32,000 nucleotides of DNA, from NCBI GenBank assembly GCA_010202845.1, contig CP047921.1, positions 30,001 through 62,000 on the forward strand, written 5' to 3'. Both the position numbers and the translations under genes were made by a program. Source of the DNA: Candidatus Saccharibacteria bacterium oral taxon 488 (GTDB taxonomy: Bacteria > Patescibacteriota > Saccharimonadia > Saccharimonadales > Saccharimonadaceae). The first letter of the stretch is position 1, and the number at the start of each line of letters is the position of its first letter. Below, in pieces: positions 1 through 7,022 of this stretch. The notes beneath the pieces are model-generated. The model was not told the DNA's origin. It did not search any database and worked only from the letters and a program-made list of their open reading frames with translations.

Positions 1-844
1 CGTCGTGTCCGCCAAATGAGCGTTTGAACTTAGTGAAGCCAGTCCACGGATGGTTTTTGTCGGCGCCGTCGGGGGCAATGCCGTAGAGGTCAGCGGTGGT
101 TAATCCGCGCTGCTGAGCGTTAATAATTGCCTCGGCCAGCAGGGCAGTGCCAGCGTTAAGTTTGCGGTGAGCTGGGTCTGATGAGGCGCCAGCGTGGGCG
201 TAATATAGCGTGTCGCTGCTGTGGTAAAACAGGGCAGCGGCGATGGGCTGATCATCAAGCGCGGCGTAATACAGCGTGGCCGCGCCGAGCGGGAAGAGAG
301 TGGCGGCTTGCTGGCGAAAATAACTATCAGGATGTGGCGTAATGCCGCGCTGCCGGGCGACCTGGTGGACAAATTTCAGTAAGATATCAATGTCGTGCGG
401 GTCAGTCGAGCGGTGGACGGCAACGCCTTTTTTATGATAATTGCGGTACACATTACGAACTGGCTGCGCCATATGGGCGATCAGCTGGTCTTGCGGCTGA
501 GTCAAGTCAATGACGTGCGAGTGCTCGGGCTGGAGCTTTTGGTAGGTGACTTTTTTCCAGCCGTGAGTTTGCAGATAGGCGGTAAACGCGCGGTTGGTTG
601 GCTCAGCGCGCAGGAAAGTAACGCAGTGTTTTTTACCAAGCTGAGCTAGGGAATCAAGAGATGCCGCTAGCGAATGTTCGTCATCGGCAGTCGGGCCATA
701 CGGGCAGTACAGGCGGGAGTTGCCGGTGCTGCGCTCCAGGATAGCTAGATATTCCCAGCCCGGGCCGCTATTGCGAAAGGTGGTGCGCCCGAGCGATTCT
801 TGAAAGGTTTGCCAGGCGGTTGATTGTAAAAAATGTTGGTTCAT
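1..844 (-). CDS. FemAB-family peptidoglycan interpeptide-bridge aminoacyltransferase (FemX-like); 3' end runs off the window
   Basis: Hand translation of the minus strand from ATG (844-842) to the window edge gives 281 codons with no stop (MNQHFLQSTAWQTFQESLGR...TADLYGIAPDGADKNHPWTGFTKFKRSFGGHD). It is absent from the ORF track because it is open-ended. The C-terminal FKxxFGG-type motif and overall layout resemble the FemAB/FemX family. It supersedes track ORFs 100-372(-), 395-649(+) and 820-1071(+). It starts 18 nt downstream of the tsaD stop. Confidence 0.6.
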   Translation of the reverse strand, partial: MNQHFLQSTAWQTFQESLGRTTFRNSGPGWEYLAILERSTGNSRLYCPYGPTADDEHSLAASLDSLAQLGKKHCVTFLRAEPTNRAFTAYLQTHGWKKVTYQKLQPEHSHVIDLTQPQDQLIAHMAQPVRNVYRNYHKKGVAVHRSTDPHDIDILLKFVHQVARQRGITPHPDSYFRQQAATLFPLGAATLYYAALDDQPIAAALFYHSSDTLYYAHAGASSDPAHRKLNAGTALLAEAIINAQQRGLTTADLYGIAPDGADKNHPWTGFTKFKRSFGGHD

Positions 845-862
845 GTTGTAATCCTCACAACG

Positions 863-2164
863 TTAGATTGCTGTCATTGATAAACTTGGCTGCACTTCCA
901 GGTCGTACGGGTCAGCCGGCGGGTCGATTTGAGTACGGAAATAGCCGAGCGCAGCGATCATGGCGGCATTGTCGGTGCAGAGCTGGATCGGTGCATATTC
1001 GATGTCGATTGGCAAGACATCACGCAGTTGGCGGCGTAATTCTTGATTGGCGGCGACCCCGCCGGCGATGACGACGGAGGCGGGCTGGAAATTGTCATAG
1101 GCTTTCTTAGTCTTGTCGACCAGGGTTTTAACGGCGGTGTACTGGAAGCTGGCTGCCATATTATGCCTCAGTTCATCGTTTACTAGGGCAGGAAGCTCAT
1201 GCGACGGGAAGGTGAAGTCTTTGCCCTCTTCGCGCTGAACAGCTCTCAGAACGGCTGTCTTGAGGCCGGAGAAGGAAAAATCGTACTCGCCGGCGAGTTT
1301 GGCGATGGGCAGGTGAAAGGCGTGAGGATCACCGAGCTCGGCTGCCTTGGCGATGGCCGGGCCGCCAGGGTAGGGCAGGCCAATGATTTTGGCGACCTTG
1401 TCGAACGCCTCGCCGACGGCATCGTCTTGGGTCTGGCCGATGAGCCGGTAGTCGCCGTGATTCTGGAAAAGGACGAGCTGCGAATGCCCGCCAGAGACGA
1501 TGAGGGCGAGGAGGGGGAAAGCGGGTTGATGATATGGTAAAGACAGCACCAAATCGCTAGAATTAACAACGGCTTCCGCACGCCGAGATGCTTTCTCGTC
1601 AGATTCTTTGGCGACTGCATTGAGGACGTCGCCAACCTCAGCAATCATCTTTTCGGAGTACTCTTTACGGGTGGCTTCGCCAGCCCGTGGCGTTCGGCTG
1701 ACGGGGCTTGGCGCGCCCATCACAGCCTCTTCAAAGACGACTGCTGAGGTTGGCTCGACAGTTTTTGACTTATCAATAATATGGCGAGATCCTTGTTTTG
1801 TAATGAAATTAGCATACACATGCGCCTCGACGTGGTGTATCTTGTAAAGCGGTTTGTCGTGAATGATGGCGAGGGTACGGGCGGCGAGAGTGCCGATGAG
1901 CAGCGAGCCGATCAGCCCGGGCGCGTAGGTGACGGCGATGGCGTCGATATCGTCCCAGGTGCAATCAGCGTCGGACAGGGCTTTTTTGATGACCGGGTTA
2001 ATAACCTCCAGATGGCTGCGGGCGGCAATCTCCGGGATGACGCCGCCGTATTCGGCATGGATGTCGATTTGGGAATTGACCACATTAGAAAGCAAGCGTT
2101 CGCCGTTTTCAACGACCGCCGCCGCTGTTTCGTCGCAGCTAGACTCGATTCCCAAAATCCTCAT
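863..2164 (-). CDS. tsaD: tRNA N6-adenosine threonylcarbamoyltransferase TsaD (Kae1/TsaD family) with a ~90-aa internal insertion
   Basis: 433-aa ORF. It has the N-terminal ILGIESSCDET motif, the HHVEAH metal motif, SGGHSQL, DDAVGEAFDK, the GLPYPGGP loop, GGVAAN and CTDNAAMIA, all matching the canonical TsaD order. Confidence 0.9.
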   Translation of the reverse strand: MRILGIESSCDETAAAVVENGERLLSNVVNSQIDIHAEYGGVIPEIAARSHLEVINPVIKKALSDADCTWDDIDAIAVTYAPGLIGSLLIGTLAARTLAIIHDKPLYKIHHVEAHVYANFITKQGSRHIIDKSKTVEPTSAVVFEEAVMGAPSPVSRTPRAGEATRKEYSEKMIAEVGDVLNAVAKESDEKASRRAEAVVNSSDLVLSLPYHQPAFPLLALIVSGGHSQLVLFQNHGDYRLIGQTQDDAVGEAFDKVAKIIGLPYPGGPAIAKAAELGDPHAFHLPIAKLAGEYDFSFSGLKTAVLRAVQREEGKDFTFPSHELPALVNDELRHNMAASFQYTAVKTLVDKTKKAYDNFQPASVVIAGGVAANQELRRQLRDVLPIDIEYAPIQLCTDNAAMIAALGYFRTQIDPPADPYDLEVQPSLSMTAI

Positions 2165-2172
2165 TTGCTTTT

Positions 2173-2181
2173 ATTATAGCA
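2173..2181 (-). promoter_or_regulatory. Putative extended -10 (TGcTATAAT on minus strand) for tsaD, 8 nt upstream of its ATG
   Basis: The reverse complement of 2162-2181 reads tgcTATAATaaaagcaaATG. There is no Shine-Dalgarno sequence between the -10 and the start codon. Confidence 0.4.
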
Positions 2182-2189
2182 AATATAAG

Positions 2190-2198
2190 TGGTAAAAT
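2190..2198 (+). promoter_or_regulatory. Putative extended -10 (TGgTAAAAT) for the murE-like gene, 6 nt upstream of its ATG
   Basis: Sequence 2190-2207 reads tggTAAAATagggacATG. There is no Shine-Dalgarno sequence. Confidence 0.4.
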
Positions 2199-2204
2199 AG
2201 GGAC

Positions 2205-3503
2205 ATGAAAGCCACATTGGTGAAGTTTGTGAGGAAAGTGCTGCCGGGCGGGATGCTGCGGCGGTTAGAAAATGGGTATCGGCGGTTGCGCGTCAAGCTG
2301 GTTAGCGCGCGGTATGGTAATCCGTCAAAGCACCTCAGGGTGATCGCGGTGACTGGGACGAATGGCAAGACGACAACGTCGTGCTATATCAATGAGATTT
2401 TGAAAGAAGCTCATTTCACGACCGCGATGTTCACCACAGCGGTGATCGAGGTGGCGGGCAAGCGAAAACTCAATGACCTCAATGCCACGGTGGCGAGCAC
2501 AGCGCGAATGCAGCGGTTTTTCCGCGACGCCAAGCGGGCGAACGCTGACTACGTGGTGCTGGAGGTGACGAGTCATGCGCTGGATCAGCACAAGCTGGAC
2601 GGCGTGCCGATCGAGGCGGCGGTGATGACGAATTTGACGCAGGATCACCTCGACTATCACAAGACGATGGAAGAGTACGCGGCGGCCAAGGGCAAGCTGT
2701 TTCAGCTGCGGCCGCGGTTTATCGTGCTCAACCGCGATGACGAGTGGTATGATTATTTCAATCAGTTTGTCGCCAGCGAGCAAAAGATGACGTATGGCCG
2801 AAGCGTGGAGGCTGAGGCAAAGATTACCCACGTCAAGTTGTACCGCAAGGGCACCGAGGCCGACGTAGTGCTGGATCATCAGACACACTTGGAGTTGGCG
2901 ACGAATCTGCCGGGCGAGTTCAACGTGATGAATATGACGGCTGCGACGACGCTGGCGTATTTATTGGGCGTCAAGCTGGAGGATATCCAGGAGGGCGTAG
3001 CCAATGTCGAGGCCGTGCCGGGGCGGTTTGAGCGAGCGGTTGAGGGTCTGGGCTATGACGTGATCGTTGATTATGCTCATACGCCGGATGCGCTGGAAAA
3101 ACTGTTGGCGGCGGCCCGCGGCATCACCAAGCAGCGGGTGATCTTGGTGTTCGGGGCGTGTGGCGATCGTGATCAGGGCAAGCGACCGATTATGGGTGAG
3201 ATCGCGGCGCGTGGGGCGGATCGGATTTTCCTGACTGACGAGGAGAGTTATAACGAAGATCCGGAGCAGATCCGGCGGATGTTGATGGAAGGAATTGAGC
3301 GCGGTCGTGGCGACGCGAAAACGACGGAGATTGCCGATCGGCGTCAGGCGATTGAGCGAGCGCTCGGCTGTGCCAGGAAGGGCGACATGGTGCTGATCAC
3401 TGGCATGGGTCACGAACAATATCGGATCGTCAATGGCCAGCGGCTGCCGTGGAATGATGGCCAGGTGGTGCGCGAGATCGTTGGTCGGGAACGGGCGGCG
3501 TGA
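2205..3503 (+). CDS. murE: Mur ligase, MurE-like (UDP-MurNAc-L-Ala-D-Glu : diamino-acid ligase), short N-terminus
   Basis: 432 aa. It has the P-loop VTGTNGKTTT at residues ~50-59, DYAHTPDALEKLL, FGACGDRDQGKRPIMG and a C-terminal TGMGHEQYRIV...RLPWND. These are MurE-type signatures, recalled from E. coli MurE. Confidence 0.75.
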   Translation: MKATLVKFVRKVLPGGMLRRLENGYRRLRVKLVSARYGNPSKHLRVIAVTGTNGKTTTSCYINEILKEAHFTTAMFTTAVIEVAGKRKLNDLNATVASTARMQRFFRDAKRANADYVVLEVTSHALDQHKLDGVPIEAAVMTNLTQDHLDYHKTMEEYAAAKGKLFQLRPRFIVLNRDDEWYDYFNQFVASEQKMTYGRSVEAEAKITHVKLYRKGTEADVVLDHQTHLELATNLPGEFNVMNMTAATTLAYLLGVKLEDIQEGVANVEAVPGRFERAVEGLGYDVIVDYAHTPDALEKLLAAARGITKQRVILVFGACGDRDQGKRPIMGEIAARGADRIFLTDEESYNEDPEQIRRMLMEGIERGRGDAKTTEIADRRQAIERALGCARKGDMVLITGMGHEQYRIVNGQRLPWNDGQVVREIVGRERAA

Positions 3504-3506
3504 GGT

Positions 3507-5663
3507 ATGCGGCTACTATTGGTAACCAGAGGGATTCCCGGCTCTGGTAAGTCGACGTTTCTCGCGGAGCAGGGGCTTGATAATTATACGTTGTCGCCGG
3601 ACGTGATACGGCTGATGCTGGCATCGCCGCAGCTGACGCTTGACGGGCAAACGACTATGCCGTCGCGTCAGGATGCAATGGTGTGGCGGTTGCTACACGA
3701 GATGCTGGAGCAGCGGATGACGCGGGGTGAGACGACGGTGGTTGATGCAACGCACACGACGCCAAATTATTTCAAGACGTATGGCGAGCTATGCCGGAAA
3801 TATCGCTACCGGCTGGTGGTGATTGATTTTGCTGATGTGCCGCTGGCGGTATGTCAGCAGCGTAATAAAGAGCGGCCGAGCTATAAGGTGGTGCCGGGTA
3901 GCGTGCTTAAGCGTATGCATCGGCGACTACAGCAGAGTTCGCTGCCGAAATGGGTGACGGTGGTGCGGACGGCTGAGGAGGTGAATCAACTGCTTACTAA
4001 TCAGCCGGAGAACGTTGATAGGTATCGGGCGATTCATCATATTGGCGATGTGCAGGGGTGTTTTACGCCGCTCAAGGAATATTTCGGGCGGTATCCGCTT
4101 CGGGATGATGAGCTGTATATTTTTGTCGGTGACCTGTTGGATCGCGGCACGGAGAATGATGCGGTGATGCGATTTGTTTGTGACGAGTTACTTGAGAGGC
4201 CAAACGTACGGTTCGTCGAGGGTAATCACGAGCTATATCTCTGGCAGTGGGCGACCGATCAACCGGTTGCGGCGCGGGTATTTAGCGAACAAACCCAGCC
4301 ACAGCTGGAGGCGGCAGGCATCGATAAGTGCAGGGTAGTGCGGCTAATGCGGCGGATGGATCAATATATTTTATATCAGTTTCGAGGTCAAACGGTCTTG
4401 GTGACGCATGGTGGACTTAGTACGCTGCCGGAGCGGTTGCCGCTGGTGGCGACCAGCCAGCTGATCCATGGCGTGGGGGCCTATGACGAGGTTGGGGCGG
4501 TGGATGATGCATTTTTGGCGCAGACTGATGACGCGACGTTTCAGATTCACGGGCATCGCAACAGGCAAAATTATCCCATGCACTACAACGAACGGTGCTA
4601 CAATTTAGAGGGAAAGGTTGAGTTTGGCGGCGAGCTGCGAACAGTGCGGTTGGACGAGAACGGCATGACGCCGATTGCTATTCGAAACCAACAGGCAGCA
4701 GCGCGGCTGTATCCAGAAAACGCAGCGTTCCTAAGCCAGCTGCGGCAGAATCGCTACATTCGTGAATCAATCCTGCCAGGGGACATCAGCTCGTTTAATT
4801 TCAAGCCCGAGGCATTTTATCGCCAAGCATGGACGACGCAGACGATGCGGGCGCGCGGACTGTTTCTCAATACGCTGACGAACGAGATCGTGATTCGGGC
4901 CTATGATAAGTTTTTTAACATTGGCGAGCGGCGCGATACTGAACTAGCGGCGCTGGAGCAGACGATGGCCTTTCCGGTGCGGGCGTGGGTGAAGGAGAAT
5001 GGCTTTTTGGGGTTGGTCGGGTATGATTCGGCAGCGGGTGGGCTGGTGATGGCGTCAAAGTCAACGACCGAGGGTGACTATGCGGCGGCCTTTCGGCGAG
5101 AGTTTTTGGAGCAATTTCGAGCCAAGCTACCGTCCATCACTGATTATCTGCGCCGGCATAATGCGTGCCTATTGTTTGAGGTCGTGTTGCCGCGATTTGA
5201 TCCGCATATTATCGCGTATGAGTCGGATCAGCTGGTGCTGCTCGATATCGTCAAGCGGCAGGTTGCATACGAGGCGGTCGACCGGCAGGAGCGGGAGCGA
5301 TTTGCGCGTGAGATCGGGGCGAACAGCAAGCGTCTGGCGGCGGAGTTTTCGTCGTGGAGGGAGTTTGCGGCGTGGCTCGATCAGCTTCAAGGCATGATGT
5401 ATCAGTGGCGGGGCGAGTGGATTGAGGGCTTTGTGCTCGAAGATGCTGGTGGTCATCATGTCAAGGTCAAGCTTGATTATTATACCTTTTGGCGGCAGAT
5501 GCGAACAGCGCTGGAGGCACTGCAGGCTGGTCGGCGGCCATCAACGAGGCCCGATTGTCCTGATCCGGCGCTGGCAGCCCGGGTGATTGAATATATGCGG
5601 CAGCTACCCGCCGAGGACTTAGCGCGGATGGACATTATCGCGCTGCGGCGACGGTTTAAGTAG
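3507..5663 (+). CDS. Polynucleotide 5'-kinase / metallophosphatase / RNA-ligase fusion (Pnkp-type RNA repair enzyme)
   Basis: 718 aa. The kinase module has the P-loop GIPGSGKST. The calcineurin-like phosphoesterase motifs are GDVQGC, GDLLDRG, GNHE, THGG and HGHRN. The C-terminal nucleotidyltransferase motifs are KENG (motif I), EGFVLED and HVKVKLDYY. Confidence 0.75.
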   Translation: MRLLLVTRGIPGSGKSTFLAEQGLDNYTLSPDVIRLMLASPQLTLDGQTTMPSRQDAMVWRLLHEMLEQRMTRGETTVVDATHTTPNYFKTYGELCRKYRYRLVVIDFADVPLAVCQQRNKERPSYKVVPGSVLKRMHRRLQQSSLPKWVTVVRTAEEVNQLLTNQPENVDRYRAIHHIGDVQGCFTPLKEYFGRYPLRDDELYIFVGDLLDRGTENDAVMRFVCDELLERPNVRFVEGNHELYLWQWATDQPVAARVFSEQTQPQLEAAGIDKCRVVRLMRRMDQYILYQFRGQTVLVTHGGLSTLPERLPLVATSQLIHGVGAYDEVGAVDDAFLAQTDDATFQIHGHRNRQNYPMHYNERCYNLEGKVEFGGELRTVRLDENGMTPIAIRNQQAAARLYPENAAFLSQLRQNRYIRESILPGDISSFNFKPEAFYRQAWTTQTMRARGLFLNTLTNEIVIRAYDKFFNIGERRDTELAALEQTMAFPVRAWVKENGFLGLVGYDSAAGGLVMASKSTTEGDYAAAFRREFLEQFRAKLPSITDYLRRHNACLLFEVVLPRFDPHIIAYESDQLVLLDIVKRQVAYEAVDRQERERFAREIGANSKRLAAEFSSWREFAAWLDQLQGMMYQWRGEWIEGFVLEDAGGHHVKVKLDYYTFWRQMRTALEALQAGRRPSTRPDCPDPALAARVIEYMRQLPAEDLARMDIIALRRRFK

Positions 5664-5679
5664 GTGAGAGGTTGGTTTC

Positions 5680-5708
5680 TTGTTCTACGCAGGGCGGTCT
5701 GGTACAAT
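5680..5708 (+). promoter_or_regulatory. Putative sigma70-type promoter of the secreted hydrolase gene (-35 TTGTTC, 17-nt spacer, -10 TACAAT)
   Basis: Hexamers lie at 5680-5685 and 5703-5708. They are followed by the SD GGAGGG (5726-5731) and an ATG at 5739. Confidence 0.4.
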
Positions 5709-5819
5709 TTTGACATAAGCATAACGGAGGGGGCGCTTATGTGGAAACGTATTATTAGTGTTATTGGGGCTACGTTAGCGGCGTGCATCGCGGTGCCGGC
5801 GATAGCTGGAGCGGCTTCT

Positions 5820-6434
5820 GAGTATGATGACATTATTGATAAAGTCTCAACAAAAACACTAATTCATCATATTGATAATTATCATGGCAAGACCTGCGGA
5901 AGTCCTGATGACGATTACGCGAAGAAGTGGCTGTTTGCCTTTAAGCAAAAGAGATATTATTCAGGCGACCCCAAAGATCATCAGGCGGCGGTAGAAAGTT
6001 TAGAACGCGCCATATCGTCGCCAAAGGGTGCGTAAGCGGTTGTTTATGAGCAGAATAACAAGCATAACAATACGTCAAACCCGTATTTCATAAAAGTTTT
6101 TTGGACAGAGGACGGTAAGGATGATTATACGTATCGTTTTTATAAAAATCATCAGACAAGCGGGATTGCTCTAGCGAGAAGGGAAAGTAGTCAGTCAAAA
6201 CTTTATGTTGCCACTGTGGCCAGTCCTAAGTTGGTTTTGGGAGGTAGTAATTGTGCCCCTGAATATTTATGGGGACATAAACATTCGCAGGCTTTTATAT
6301 TTGATATGAATATATCTGTAGAATCAAATAAAAAACTCTTTACGTCTACGTTTTCTGTTGATTATCCAAGTGGCTATGCAGGCCCCAAATTTCCGGACAA
6401 TCGCTCAGCGATCGGATGGTGGCCAGACTCGTCT
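5820..6434 (+). repeat. Intragenic tandem module A (~205 aa, protein-level repeat), contains the in-frame TAA
   Basis: The pattern YDDxxDKxxxKxLIxxIxxYxxxxC...SLERA...GA*AVVYEQ...FIKVFWTE...KLFTSTFSVDYPSGYAGP aligns colinearly with module B. Confidence 0.7.
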
Positions 6435-7022
6435 CAATATGATGATTTTACAGACAAAATAACAGTAAAAAAATTAATAAATTACATAAATTATCACAAG
6501 AAATTTTGTGCACCGTCAGACTATTCTAACAGTTGGTTTACAGCGTTTAAGTATCCCAATATTCCTGACAATCATAAGTATCATAAAAGTTATATGGCAA
6601 GTCTCGAACGGGCGATGGCGACAGGAGCGTATGCTGTTGCCTATGGACAAGTTACAGTCAACGGTAAAACAGTAGACCCTCATTTCATAACGGTATTTTG
6701 GTCAGAGAGCAGAGATGATTTCTACATCAAGTTTCTCGGTGATGCTCCATATAGAACTGCCTTCATTACACATAAATGGGGTAGCAGAGCAGAGTTGCAT
6801 GGCATGATCGCGGGCAGTGTTAAACCGCTCCAGGCGCGCGGCGGTTGTGAAGTTGAGTTTTTACAGGGAAATTATCTAAATGGCTATGTGCCTACTGCTC
6901 GGTTTAACGAGTCGTATATGCCGTTGAGCGGTGGTAACGATATGAAAATCTTCACCTCAACCTTCGACGTCGAATATCCAGACGGTTACAAGGGTAAGCC
7001 GATTCCTGGCGATCGACGCAAT
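6435..7022 (+). repeat. Intragenic tandem module B (~196 aa), intact copy
   Basis: YDDFTDKITVKKLINYINYHKKFC...SLERAMATGAYAVAYGQ...FITVFWSE...KIFTSTFDVEYPDGYKGKP lies 615 nt (205 codons) downstream of module A. Confidence 0.7.

Noticed and set aside
100-1071. Track ORFs 100-372(-), 395-649(+) and 820-1071(+).
   Set aside because: A single uninterrupted minus-strand frame (1-844) with FemAB-like motifs explains the region better. ORF 820-1071(+) is antisense to the tsaD 3' end.
1529-1804. Possibility that the TsaD insertion is an intein or a mobile insertion.
   Set aside because: There is no Cys/Ser/Thr at the upstream junction, no terminal His-Asn plus Cys/Ser/Thr at the downstream junction, and no homing-endonuclease motifs. 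At about 90 aa it is also too small for a standard intein.
3501-3509. murE and the Pnkp gene share a frame, separated by TGA plus GGT, which could indicate a readthrough fusion or UGA recoding as in SR1/Gracilibacteria (code 25).
   Set aside because: MurE ends at its natural C-terminus, after the GHE...RLPWND region. Pnkp starts at a natural N-terminus, with the P-loop at residue 9. TGA also ends groES and murF at the expected positions. Code 11 fits, and the same-frame adjacency is treated as coincidence.
5664-5738. GTG 5664 as the start of the hydrolase N-terminal fragment, as in the track.
   Set aside because: The stretch contains the predicted promoter (5680-5708) and SD (5726-5731). The ATG at 5739 directly opens a canonical signal peptide.
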